A DNA stretch of 61,420 nt, counting the filler, from Sphacelaria rigidula (Eukaryota), in assembly GCA_964200075.2 (NCBI GenBank). It is 7 parts of 7 records of this genome, joined end to end, with 100 filler letters (N's around TTAATTAATTAA, not from the genome) between each part and the next. Parts side by side here need not be neighbours in the genome. Positions count along the whole stretch, not along the records: positions 8,790 to 17,478 come from CAXNAA020010372.1; positions 17,579 to 26,267 come from CAXNAA020010373.1; positions 26,368 to 35,056 come from CAXNAA020010374.1; 4 more parts are not named here. One strand, written 5' to 3'. This document shows positions 13,877-27,198 of this stretch, piece after piece. Below the pieces are notes generated by a model. The model did not search any database and had not been told where the DNA came from. It saw nothing but the letters and a program-made list of their open reading frames with translations. Numbering within the stretch: the first letter of the stretch is position 1; each line of letters begins with the position of its first letter. The position numbers and the translations under genes are program-made.

Positions 13877-14270
13877 TTTTTCAGATCCTGGGTCATTGAT
13901 GCTATCTACCTGCAGTTTTGGCTCGAACGACGGACTGTTCAGTCAACGTACCCTGGGCAACGGGTGAAGCCCTTACTCGAGGAAACAATATGTCGTGTTT
14001 AATTTTTCGATTCGATCGGGTCCGGTCAAGTTATGGAGTCTCATGAAATAGTCATGGTGGGCATTAAAAGAAAGAATAGTGCCGAGTTAATCAATTGGTC
14101 GTTTTCAAAGAGACTACTGTCACTTTGCCGGATGTAGTCGGGTCGACGAACTAGACACGGCATATTGTTGCCACGAGTGGGGAATCAAACCGTTGCTCGG
14201 GGTGCATCGGCCGTACAGTCCGTCATTCGGGCCAAGCGTAGGAACTAGGAAATGTTACAGGACCTGAAAA
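13877..14270. mobile_element. Old palindromic MITE, family A, copy 2 (inverted relative to copy 1)
   Basis: Ends tttttcagatcctgg...caggacctgaaaaa; its centre (ggtgggcattaaaagaa...tcaattgg) matches the reverse complement of 12539-12580. Confidence 0.65.
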
Positions 14271-15132
14271 ACAGTGTACGGTCTAGTTTTACACGAATGT
14301 GTTACCACTTTTACAGTTCGGTTTTCATGCAATTTTTGTTTTTGCGTCAGTTGTGGTATTTCTTATATCAGCTGTGCTGCACTCCCACACTCTTTTCGTT
14401 GTTTCCTTGTTTGGTTGCGATCGATGATAGCTCCAATCGCTGTATTCAACAGCTGATTGCGATTTGGTGCGTGTGATTTGCATCTTCCATTTTAAAAAGA
14501 AATACGAAATAAACCCTTCACTGATTCTCGTACCAGGCTCGATCTTCACCCTTTGGTTTCAGAGCCCCTTCCTATGGTTGCACCATGACTATCGGGGTCG
14601 CATTGCATTTCCTTGATTGAAAACTCAATGCGCTCGTGACCACACACGTACAGCGCAGCATGCAAACTCCCGCGAGTTCGCGTGACAAGGTACCGTTTTT
14701 CTATGTTACCGCACAGGTACCGTGTTCGACCGACCACATGCGGCCCGGACCGTACTCTCCGCAACCCAGACACCGAAGTACCGTAGGATCCACGATGACA
14801 CAAGACCGCACCGTACGTACCGCACTATACAGGTACCACAATACCGTGTAAGGCAATGATAGCGGGAAACTCAAGGAACGTACCGTATAATCATTCCCCG
14901 GAAGCCGGTTCCGAGGAACGCACTGGACAGTACATGTAGATACTTTGGGTAAGCGCACGAGTTCGGCGCCGATGGACGTGAGGTCGGCTGATGACCCCGA
15001 CAAGAGTACTGACAGCTGAAGCAGACACAGGCCCAAAGAAGATCGTTTGCTTTTACCGTCCGTGCATACTTACATGTATCCGCTCCTTTTGTCTGCTGAC
15101 CCATGTGCTACTACCTCTTCAACAGCAGCGCC

Positions 15133-16500
15133 ATGGCGCCTCCGTTGATCGGCGGCATTATTTACGTAGGAATATTGGTGTTTGTCGCAGTTCCGGCGAT
15201 CAACAACAGGCCTGATCCGCTTACCACGGAGAGCATCGCAGCGCCGTCCTCTCGCCGACAATCCTGCTCGACCTGTGCGTCAGACGGCATGGTAAACGTC
15301 GCCGCAGTTCGTGCGTTCATCGAGGGAGACACAGCCTGCTGTTACGATTCATGGGCGCCGGAGCTCCATCCCTCATATTTGCCGGACGACGAGGGTTCAG
15401 AAGAAGACGTCGGAGAAACCGCGGGGAGGCGAGGTCAGATGAGGTTGCACTCGTACAGTATGATAGTTCACCCCTGGAGTACTGGGCAAGACCGGAGGGC
15501 AAAGCTGGCCAGGCGGTGGAAGAAAAAACCATGGCGCAGACGAGGGCGGTCAAGTTTGCCCTTGTCCAGTATGAGGGGTTACCTCTGGAATACTGGGCAA
15601 GGCCGGAGTGCAAAGCTGGCTGGGCGGTGGCCGAACAAACGGCAGCGGAGGGGACACCGAACAAGTTTGCATTTGTTCCGTCTGAGATGTTGCTCCTGGA
15701 ATACTGGTCAAGGCCGGAGTGCAAAGCTGGCCGGACGGTGGCAGAAGAAACCGTGGCGCATACGAGAGCGGTCGAGTTTACCCTTGTCCAGTATGAGAGT
15801 TTATCCCTGGAATACTGGGCAAGGCTGGAGTGCAAAGCTCGCCAGGCGGTGAAGGAAGAAACCGTGGCGCAGTCAAGAGCGGTCGAGTTTACCCTTGTCC
15901 AGTATGAGATTTTACCCGTGGCATACTGGGCAATTAAGGCTGGAGTGCAAAGCTCGCCAGGCGGTGAAGGAAGAAACCGTGGCGCAGTCTAGAGCGGTCA
16001 AGTCTGCCCTTGTCCAGTATGAGAGTTTACCCGTGGAATACTGGGCAAGGCTGGAGTGCAAAGCTCGCCAGGCGGTGAAGGAAGAAACCGTGGCGCAGCC
16101 AAGAGCGGTCAAGTCTACCCTTGTCCAGTACGAGGCTTTACCCCTGGAATCCTGGGTAAGGCTGGAGTGCAAACCTGGCCAGGCGGTAGAAGATGGAACC
16201 GTGGCGCAGTCGAGAGCGGTCAAGGTTCCGTTTGTCCCGTATAATGGATTGCCCCAGGAATCCTGAGTGAGGCCGGAGAGTAAAGCTGGCCAGGCGATGG
16301 CTGAACAAATCGCGGGAGAGGTGAGTGCGGACAAGTTTGCACTTGTTCGGTTTAAGATGCTGCTTCTGGGGTACTGGGCACGGCCTGAAGCCCACAGGGT
16401 CGTGTCCGATCAAGCCGTGAGGAAGGTGAGGGCCGAAGAGTTTGCACTTTATCAGTATGACGGACTGCCCCTGTGAGTCTGGGCAAAATCAGATCGCGAA
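15133..16500 (+). pseudogene. Disrupted gene: N-terminal hydrophobic anchor followed by about nine 37-aa (111-bp) tandem repeats
   Basis: Starts MAPPLIGGIIYVGILVFVAVPA. Repeat unit EYWARPECKAGQAVxEETVAQxRAVxFxLVQYExLPL starts at 15477, 15588, 15699, 15810, 15921, 16036, 16147, 16258 and 16369. Lesions: inferred 1-nt loss in the G-run at ~15424, 4-nt insertion at 15934-15937, TGG>TGA at 16264. Confidence 0.6.
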
Positions 16501-19042
16501 ATTGGTGTAGAGGTAAGCGGGAAAGCCCTTCCGTTCGTACACCCATCTCGAGAATTGACATTCATCTGGCGGTCTCAACCAAAATGTGACATTGGCCAAA
16601 CCCTATGGAGGCTGGGCTGTGCAAAAAAAATAGAGCTGCGGAGAAAGAGAAAACCCTCTACCTAGAAAAAAGCCTGCTGCAGACTGTGCTGTGAGCTTTG
16701 CTGCAGTTACACGCTGCAAAGTGGGTCTGTGCATGTAAGTGGATCCTCTCTACGCTACAGGAACGTCACGTCGCGGTTATTTGTGCCTAAACTCGAAGTG
16801 TCGCCCATCACGCCACGGTATTGTTTGAGACTATAGCAACGGAGTACAGTATGAACGTGTTCCGACGGTCGTCCGTGAGGGGCAGTCAACGTTGAAATGT
16901 AGTCTAGCTGGCCACGGCAGCTGGCAAAGGTGCAGATCGGAGAAATACAGCAACCACAGCTCGGTATCGAATTTTTCACGACTCGTATCTGAGCGGTTTC
17001 CCCTTCCATTGATCTACAGCGTATCATGCACCTGCCGTCGCCCGCATACACTTTTGATGTGCAGAACGTTGTGTGCGTTGCTATCACGTGTACAACCTAT
17101 GGTCATCAGGTACCCTACTACCCTTGCATTCCCACCCATATCTCTTCACCGGCATGACTCTCTTCACACTTTTTTACCACACCCTGAACCGAACCCCCCT
17201 TCCTGGAGACAAGCCCGTAGCCTCAGGGAGTCAAGCCATCTCTCTCCCGGTACTCGCCTTACATCCATCAGCACACCCGCACCCTCTCCACTTTGATCCC
17301 ATTCGACTGTTCTTCGTGTGAATTCAAGGTACCCTTCACGGTACCAGACTAAGTTCATGGCCGTGGTGGTTTCAAAACTATCCCTACGGAGGCGTTCGGC
17401 AATGAACAGCCAATCATCTATGTTGAGGATGGTGCTATTGATTGAGGATGAGAACCCGGAGGATTAAAATCTTCGTATNNNNNNNNNNNNNNNNNNNNNN
17501 NNNNNNNNNNNNNNNNNNNNNNTTAATTAATTAANNNNNNNNNNNNNNNNNNNNNNNNNNNNNNNNNNNNNNNNNNNNGCGGGGTCAAGGGTCAAAAGAC
17601 AAAGGCAAACAAAAAAAGGGTACCCCCCCCCCCCCCCCCAAAAAAAAAACAGCCCCAAAACTGTCACGAAGAGAACGGTCATACAGCGTGTGATAGCTGG
17701 TTTCAGACTTCATAGATCCCCTCATATAGGCGATTTTGGCAAAAATGATCCCCAGCGTGGAAGTTCCTGGCTGCTCGGTGTGCTCGGCTTTTGTCACTTT
17801 GATTCACATGTAGAGTTTACTTCCTCAAATCAGCCACTTTTCTGGGGGGGGGGAGGGGGGGGGCGTATCGCGGCATTCATTACCGAGAAAATAGTTTCTG
17901 CGGTTTTGCCTACGTGGTCATCAGTACCAGTCGCCAGCGGTTCAGGCTTTCGTACGCAGTAGGTTTCATGGAACCGGAGCACTGAAAGCAGTTGCACTCC
18001 GGGAATCGCTCGCTCTACTGCAGTCGGTGTGTGCGGCAGGCATAAACTGTGTGTGTGGAGTCTCAAGTCATAGATGGCACCGACGTGCGTGTTAATAAAG
18101 GCCCCTCATATGAGGTGCTCTGGACAGAGGGGGAAGTGTAGTAACTCTTCGTGAATGAAACATATTACACCCTTCACTCACCCAACATCAACCGTGCAAG
18201 CTCCACCCGAGCTGCGTTCACACCACCGGAATGTAGACATGCAAACACCCCAAAATAAGAAAGACATAAAAAGTGACAAGGCGATGTACGCAGCGTGCTG
18301 ACTGCATCGCCTTATACGCCGTGCATCCAGTCAGGATACACTATCCTGTACCTCTGATATACCATCAATCTACCCCGTAATGTACCCGAGTCAATCCAAG
18401 TACATGTGCACTAGGGTTCAGTTCGGCAATAATCTAATAGCGTGTGTAAGCAGCATCGTGCCATAGTGCAGGTCTTCGTACAACATGGTCAAACATACGA
18501 ACATGTCGGGAGGACGTACAGTAGCTCTTGGACTGATGGACAGATCGCGAGAACTAAATCGGGTATATTTTTCATGCTTTTTTCCTTGCGAAAAGCATTA
18601 CCTCGAAAAGTAACGAAGGCTTAAAAACACAACAACAGGATAGGATCATCGCGATGGAGGGGTGCGTGCAACGAGCCATTCGAACTTGCGGCATGCGGCC
18701 GGCTGATCTCGTCTCAAAATCGTTGACATTTTGTTCGAGGGGATGGTGTGTGTAGGTAGGAAAGGTATCTGCAAATGGAGGGTACTTGGGAAATTCAGCA
18801 TTTGATCGACATGACCGTATGCTCATGACTGCTACAAGATCTCAAAATATGGCCAAACATCGAAACGACATAGTTCACGCGCAATGCCAGAATTTGCTGT
18901 GCATTATTGGATTTCGTCATGATCTGGTAAGAAAGGTGCAACTCTCCGTGAAATATTGAACAGAAGACAACTTGCAAGTCGGTAAGCGAATCCATCGAAC
19001 AACTGCATGCATGCCATCTCCGTTTTGCCGAAACAAACACAC

Positions 19043-21547
19043 CTGAAAGTAGTGTTGCGCAAGCCCCCACTCCAGCCAAACCTGCCCTGCCACTCTCCTC
19101 TTCATCACTGCCCCGTTGTTCTCCTCATTGATTCCGCCGCTGCCCGCTAAATCCGCTGCCGAGCTTACCCCGCCCCCGAACAACTTCACCGTGGTCCAGA
19201 AAAGAGTCAGAGCTTCTCGCCACAGTGTCTCAGAGCGGTCGGCAGACAGAAGGAGGCGCGCGTGGGACACGCACGCGCGCGCCGACCACCACGTTGCGGT
19301 GCTTAGGCTACGCGCGGCCACGAACATTGCTGACTCCCCCGGTGCATTACTCCCTGCGGCTTGTTGTTGTTTGTCCGCTATCTTCACAGCCGCGGGGTTA
19401 TCGGACCAAGGGGGCGCGCATCCAGCAGTAGACATTGCAAGAAACGCCAATATTCGTCTCGCTGTCAACAGTGAACCGGGGATCCCGCTCTTAGGGTAGG
19501 GCAGTTCGCCGTCGCAGGAAAGTGCGACGTTAACGCAGTCTTGACTTCTGCCTGCGGGCGCAATTTCTCCGCGATCCTTCCTTTCCTCGGTAGGATCACT
19601 TTCAGCCCCGCTCTCCGTGGGGCTCGTCGACAACCCTAGCCTTCTTGCAAACCATATCTCGAGGTTCTTTATCCTTGCCGGCCCCAACTCCGGGCCAGTG
19701 TAGTTTTCCTGGAAAAAGAGGCTCAGAGCGGCAGCGCCCGCCCACATCGCCTCCGCGGCTCGCCACACGGCAGGATCTGTGCCTGCCCCCACAGAAGCCG
19801 TGGATACTTCTCCGGCGGTTGAATTTGCAATTACTGGCGGCCTCTCCTCCTGGGACCTGTTCCCTGATTCGGAAGAAAGTTTAGAGTCTGTGCCAACGAC
19901 AAATGTCGTCACGAGAGCTCGGATGTGTCTCTCTATCGTCGTCTGGGAATCAGCGTTCCCAGCCTCATCTACACGTGGCGATGCATCCGCCGCCGCGGCC
20001 GTCACCGTCCCCGACAACCTGAAAAGGGCTGTTTCCTGGAGAAGCTCTTCGTATTCACCCCTGCATAATCTAAGGGCCGCCCGACACGCGCTCAGGGCCG
20101 CCTTAGCGGCAGCAGGATTCTGACTTAGAGGACCCAAAAACTCTTCAATGGCCCCGCTCTCATCTCTGTTGTCCCCTTTCGACTTTTCATCCGCACTAAT
20201 GATGGCGGCATCTGAAGCTTTGGCAGAGGACAAACCTACCACAGCCGAACGGTTGTCATCACCACTGGTGTGAGCACAGACGCTGTTGTTGTGATCGTGG
20301 TCACGTTTAACGGCGCCATTTTCGCCTTCACTTGGTGCTATGCTGGAGCCTGGCAGTGAAGATAGCTCAGCGACGGCTCGCTCGATCTCGGCTGAGCACC
20401 TGGATTCCACACAGCACCGCTCCACACGTTGCAAGAACGCTAGAGCTTTGTCGTCCCCGCAGGTGTTCTCAGGAAGGGGTGACCCTCGTTTCGCGTCGAC
20501 AGATGCTGCCTCGAACCGTGCGGTACTTATTGAGTCACTCATTTCTTCACCGCGGCCGGTGGGTGTTCTTGCTGTCTGCGCGCGGGGTGGGAGCAAAAGC
20601 ATCGAGCACAGAGTCGTGGTGAAAATCGATTTGGACAGCTTTCATGCTGCCTTGTTTTTGATGCAGTACGGCCGAGTTGTGCAAACAGAGTAAGGCGGCT
20701 GGCTTTCCCCCGACAATCATGGATTGGTTGCTGTCCAATTCTATGTCGTTAATGCAGCCAACATGTCGACGAAGAGTCACAAAACGCGAGACGAAAACGT
20801 GGACACTATCTACTGTATTGCGTCGCAACTTGTGTTTTATGTCGTTCAATCGGCTGCCGCGGCATAGACGCCTACACGATAACGAGCGGAATGATCAATT
20901 GGTTTGATTGACAGATAATCTTACTTTAACTGCACTGCATGCCGACACCCCCCTCAGTACGAGAGACATCTCCCCCGCCCACGGATGCACACTCGCGTGC
21001 TCGAAATATTTTGAGATTCGTGCGGTACGGGTACGACACGCCAACATAATCCACAGTGACGCTCAACCCTTCGACGGCGAGCATAGGTCACTTGTTGAAT
21101 CGGCTTCAATTTCACTTAAAAAAAAGCGTGCATGATCCAGATGGACTACCCTCGCGGCCAAGGGGTTAACCTTACGCCACGTTGAGCTGGGTCCTGCGCC
21201 TAGGAGCACTGGCTCACCTGCTCAGCCACCAACGACTGTTCACGCACAGGAGGGTCCGGCAGCGACAGTTGCCCAGCATGGCCATTTGCTGTTGGTCTCA
21301 AATCTCCAGTCGATCCCCCTACCGCAGAAACAGTCCCCTTAGTCCTACCATCACCACCACCGCTAGCAGTAGCACCAGCAGAGTGCGGGGAAACGGCAGA
21401 TCTACCGCCCGTCAACTCGGTCGGTACCAAAGGTGCGCGCTGCGGCAAAACCAACTCCGTGTCACTGTCTTCGCCATCGCTCTCCGAATCCTCAGCAACG
21501 CCTTCGAAGTCACCAGATTCCAGCCCCAGAAGATCTTCGAGGTCCAT
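19043..21547 (-). CDS. TTC27: Tetratricopeptide repeat protein 27 (Emw1-like) homolog, exons 1-2 (21218-21547 and 19043-20575); the rest is not found in this contig
   Basis: Motifs AALSLFFQENYTGP, LSCDGE...LLTARRIL, WWSARACVSHARLL and VWLEWGLAQHYF match the TTC27/Emw1 N-terminal region. Phase-0 junction CAG|gtgagc...gcgcag|ACA; donor CAG|gtgtgt at 19043. Assignment of exon 1 is inferred from the splice fit. Confidence 0.85.
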
Positions 21548-23599
21548 CGTATGTGGCGTGGCCTCGTGCGATCGATAACAGATGGTGGTCAGCTGCCCAG
21601 GGAGCTACTGCCGATCGCACGGGACTGTCATTTGGCTCGCATCGGTCAGTTTGGTTCTAAATATGGTTTCCCGATGAACTTCTAGGGCTGTAAATAGTTC
21701 TAAAGCTGCATTTCAGAAGGCCAACAATCTTTCAAATTTGGATCTCCCCACGAAGCAGGCGAGAAAAACATCGCGAAGATGTAGGGCACAATGGACGGAT
21801 GAGATTGTCGCCTTTCACACAAATACCATTTGTTGCCGTCGTCATGATTTTTTTGATGTAAAATCCTCGACAGTACAGTGCAAATCCCGAACGGCGGTCT
21901 GCTTACCACGCGGTAACGGTCGGTATGGCGTTTCAGGTTCTACGATGTAGATAATCATGGAAGCATACCTGCAAAAACAACACCCTCCGAGAACAACACA
22001 GCACCTCCCCTCAACTCACACTGGTCTACAACCCTCCCCACATGGCTGAGTACGAGCGTATCAGCTTGAGGGCAGGATTCTTCAAAACGTCGTGGCACCC
22101 ACGGTCCTGCGTGTTGGATGTTGCGTAGCCCAAAGGTGCGTCCATCAGCTGCTTCGATTCGGACTCTGCAGCTGACGAACGGACACCATGTGTGTGCAAC
22201 CGTACACCACCCACAACGGGATGACGCCGTGTGCACGTCGATCTGAACGGCATGTATGCGGTGCACACCCCGTGTGGCCGTCTGACGGCAATGATCTGCC
22301 CTTGTCCAACCTCTCACCGTTGCAATTTTTGGCATACGGTGGGTGCTCTGCTCCACGAAGCCCAGCTGCCCACAACACCCGCCAGGCTTGGGCCCTTACC
22401 GGCCAACCAGTTCGCATATACCAATCGCCCCCATGAAACCGATCAAAGATGAGTCGACGAGCAGTGGACAGTGGACAGGTGATCTATTCGCTCGACACCC
22501 ACGGTCAAGTAAGCTTCACGGCATCTGGATCGCACCATTATCCAGCTGTCCTACTCTTGCGATGACTCTGGACAGATGGAGCGGGGGACACGGTGTGACG
22601 GAGTTGCCCGATCAGGGGAGGGGTACGCCGTATGGGGGGTAAACCGCCTATGGAACAAAACGATTCGAAGTCACAGGTGAGGGTCTCGAGTGTTGGCAAC
22701 CATGTTGGGCTGCTGCGACACCAATACTTCTAGTGGGGACGGAGGACTTGTTGAAGTCAAGAAATTCATGTAATTGGTAGCATACAGCATGAAAGCGTGA
22801 TTCCGTAATTCTCGTGGCAACCACTGGCAACGTCTTGACCTCTGCGACCCTGCTGAGGGCCGTATTAAACACTACAGAATTTGCTCTTGTGATGGCGGTC
22901 CCGAGAGTAGGTTTGTGTAACTCACTGTATTGATACTCCTGTAGTGGGAGAATTCTGTTGAAGAGCAATACGTCCTGGTCAACGCCATCAATCCTGGTCG
23001 ACGCTATCAATCACCGGCATGGATTCTCGCACGTGGAGGTCAGCATTCTGTATTTCTATTCAAAAGCTGCAGGTGTGGCCTGCGGAGGCAAGCCTCAGAT
23101 TGCCTAGCCGTCACCGGGGGACAAACATGAACAACACGCCCGGCAGCATTTGCTCTCCACTTGTAAGATGCACCCCCTCCCCTCGTTCCCCTCCAACGTA
23201 TGGTCCCCTTTGCAGCACGAACGCCCAACACTCAGCTCGATATTCTCAACAATCAGAGCGTACAGTAGTGCCGACTCGCTGGTCAAGTCCAGGTCCAAAC
23301 CCACACCCTTTAATATGCACGAGTCCAGGTGTAAGGTTAGCAGCCCAGGCCGAGTTCTCGGGGTTTATTACTGGGGGGACCTTGACAAATTAGCCGGAGA
23401 TTTGGACTGTGAAGTGTTTCTAGAAGCGGACCGTCGTTGCTGTGTCGAGAAAAGCAGTCTGTAAGCGACAGAGGTCCCTCACGAAAGTAGGGTACCTCGC
23501 CAGAGTGTCCCATATCTCTCACGACTTGGCTGGTGACCCACTGTACCATGGTAGGACTCTGCCTTTTGCCTGTTTTTCCATGCAGCCTCCCTTTACTTA

Positions 23600-23690
23600 T
23601 CCTCATTTATTTGTCACATTTAAACCTCTCTCTTCCTCGGGATGAGTCTGTGGTCTTGGAGGATCAACGCATCTCTCCCCGGGACGCGCC
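23600..23690 (-). repeat. Dispersed repeat, probably the 3' end of a non-LTR element; also at ~32265-32345 and diverged at ~17165-17250
   Basis: Shared tttgtc(a/g)ca...ctcttcctcgggatgagt...ggatcaacgcatctctccccgg next to an (ATTT)-like tail. Confidence 0.55.
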
Positions 23691-26600
23691 TTGCAGTCTG
23701 TCATGCCCGACAATTCTTCGCACATCCCGGTGGATTGTCGCCCCCTGGCCCCGAAAATTGCTTTCGAAGTGGTGTTTTAGACCGTTGGACGGGCGTGACT
23801 GACATGCACGTAAGAAAACCTTCGCTTCGACAGACCGCGTTGAACCGCGTATGACGTCGTAATGTGGTCGCGTTATCGAACGTCATCTGTACTAAATATC
23901 GGAATGTGGTCTCTGCAGTGGAAGTATACTCGGTGGCCCCCCCATTGTACAATACCCGTCGAAAGCACACTTGACCCCCTTGTCGTATGTTGTAACAGGC
24001 CCCGTACCATGGTGTACGGCGACGATCTTGGCTGATCTTGATATTCACATATGTAGCACACACTGGATCATGATATAATGGCGTACCAAAACGCATGTGA
24101 AGTCCACGAGGAAAAAGTGAGAGCGAAGCGAAGCAATAAGTGACGAGTCCGACCATTATCGATTGATGGAAACCTGTAGGCAGGAAATGCAGATTTTGCT
24201 CCCATTTTCCGTGAGGGACGGAGGCGATGACGATTCTCAAACGCGCTGCGAACGCGAGGTTATGTCTTGTTCAATACACATTCGAGTGACGTGGTGACGG
24301 TGAACTTGCGTGGAAAACATGGAAACTAGCTCCAAGATGAAAGATACGTCGGGCGGACTGTACCAACCCCCGCTGCGAAGCGGTGGGTTCATGAGGACAC
24401 GACGATGTACAATATATTTCTGAGAGCTCGATCTTCTTCCTCGTTGTTACGGTGCTGGCAGTGTGAAAGATTTCTTTGCCCAGTCGCATCTCACCGTTCG
24501 CCACATATTACTCTTTCCGGCAGACATGTGTTTCTTTGTCGCTCTAGACTAGTCTTGCTGCTGGTCATGACGGGAGTTTATTTTGTGGCCCAACATTCAC
24601 GCGAGGGGTCGGGTGAATCCGATCGCGGATTGCAAAAGCAAAAAAGAGGGTATGCATCTGACCTTGGAATATCGTCCCAATGTTTGTCGGTGAAACGCAC
24701 GGCAGACATAACTAGACGATCCTCTCCTGTCGATGAAGCAACTCTGATTTTATGCACGTCATGCTTTTATCTCTTCATTTTTTCGTAGAAAGTTGGGCGA
24801 ATATTTCCGTTTCAGGGGTGGAACGGAGGTAACGCAGCGTTGCAGGAATAAAGTGGGACCACGTGATGCTTACATTATCTACATTGTCGGACTGTTCGGG
24901 ATGAGGACAGAAAATTCCGTCTTCACGGCTGATGGTTCCCGTATGTTACTCTCGGGTGATGTTGGTACTGTAGGCACGCCAAATGTGGAAAGGGTACAGC
25001 TGTGCTATACAGCTCGAGTCTGGGTAGAATCTCAGCTGCTTCTGAAAGTGGATACTCACCATGTCGCGGTTTTAGGAAGCCGGTGTCTCTGCATTACATA
25101 CCGCTGATATCCGAGAAAAGTATACCTTCCGGCGTGCACTATCCCTGTCGCGTACCGACTTGCCCCTGTAATCGATGTCATGCTTGTTTGATGAGTGCAA
25201 GAAGTGAGGAGGTACAGCAGCCGGTAGATATCTTGATATAGTATTCGCGTGATTTCATACGATGCCGTGGCTACCGTATTTCATGCGTAAATACGAGGAA
25301 CAGGCCGAAGAATGCGCTGAACTTGACCGTTCCTGGGAGAGTATTTCCGGATTCATGGCAGATCTTGAATTCGATCAGCACTTTTCCCCACGGAGTACCT
25401 GGTGCCGCGGGTACTGCCGAAACCGTTCGAGTCTAGCGTTTCTTCCTGGCAGTGTCTTGAACTGTCCCCCTGTGCCGACCCCTAATCGACGTTTATCGCA
25501 TCTTGGTTTGAAAGGTGAACAAACTCATGTCCTTGTTGTCAATGGCATTCTCAGTTCAACAATCGAATCAAGAATCGACGTACAGAGGGGAAAGTTCCTT
25601 TCCGTTGCAGTATTTGACCCTACCCAGAATGCCCGCCTGCCTCTCGTGCGTCTCTCCTGCTGTCGGTGCCCAGGTTGACGACTCGGCCACCTTTTTTGAG
25701 TCACTCAGCTGGGGACTTGAAGTCATCTGTACGTTTGGGTTGAAACATGAGCACATACGCCTCTCAAGACGAGGGTCAGGACCCCGCTCCTCGTTGATGG
25801 CGGGGCAGTGGCTGATGGATCAATCGTCTTGCAGTCGGCCCGTGCGCGCGGAATGCAAAGCACGCTCGAGTCCTGATACATTCCCTCCGGCGGAGGAAGC
25901 AAGCTCACTGGGCCAACTCAACACAAGCCAAGCGTTCGTGGTGTATGGTATGATGCCTAAAAGATTGAGACTTGTGAGGTCATTTTTATCCCAGGTCTTC
26001 GCTGCCTCCGCGGAGGGGGGCCACAACCGAGCCGGCTTCTTGTAAAGTATGTAGGCCTTGCTCGGATGTGCGGGCGCGCGCACCGCGGGTGTCATGAGAC
26101 CGTGGTTGGTCCTCGCACCCCTACAAGGCCGGGAGGGAGCATGCCGGGTTTTCGCCGGACCAGGCTCGACCGCGGGGGGTGTACTCATGATCATGCTTGC
26201 CATAGTCGACCGCGGAGGGGGGGGGGGGGAAGGGGTCGTACTCGTTTGTTGCTTGTCTTGACTATTTNNNNNNNNNNNNNNNNNNNNNNNNNNNNNNNNN
26301 NNNNNNNNNNNTTAATTAATTAANNNNNNNNNNNNNNNNNNNNNNNNNNNNNNNNNNNNNNNNNNNNGCCAACCGACGCCAACCCCATCGGGGGTCCGCC
26401 CCTACAAAGCCGGGACGGAGCACGCCGGGTTCTCGCCGGAATCGATTTTGGGGGGGAACGCATACATTAAATCTCCGGATGAGCAAGTATTTAGTGTGTT
26501 TTCCTATTTTTATATCTCAGGTATCCCCAAAAACTTGTATGCCATCCAAACGCACTGCCATTCGCATGGTAGAGTAAAAACGATGGATACTACCTCCTTA

Positions 26601-27198
26601 AATTACGGTAAAAAGCACCCCTGGCAACTCCCATGTTCCTGCCATCTGGGATACCATACACCCCCGCCCCAATCCACCTTCACCGATGTTTTCTATATAC
26701 TTCTGTGCGTCATCTATCAATGTTTGGGCTCTGAATGAGTTCGCTAGTGCATTGAACTCGAAAATCTCAAAAACGTGGCCTGGAATAGGGTGGAAGTGCC
26801 CCCTTCCAACTTTGATCGGCACATGCCGTAAGTTGCAGTTGAACATCACATACATGCGTCGACTCACCCTGTCAGTAGGTATTGCTCGTTCTACTGTCTG
26901 CACAGCCATACAACACCCAAAACCCATGTCCTATCGCTTCCTCGACCCAGAATATCTGATATTATCAATTCATCTCCACATATAGTACTAAGTCTCACCT
27001 CGATGGGCCGCTACACAGACAGTGCAGCACATACGCTGCAGACAGTCGACGTTCAAGAACATCCACGTGTAATCTTTATACTACACCCACATCTATAGGA
27101 AATACGCGCCATCTTCCAAATAGATAGATGTTCTAAAAGCCATGATCCATATGCTCAGGCGCGAGCCTACCCAGCAGCGTGACCAAGCAACCGAAGAG

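Noticed and set aside
25262-26045. Possible plus-strand exons
   Set aside because: There is a plausible acceptor near 25673, but no recognisable domain or consistent exon chain.
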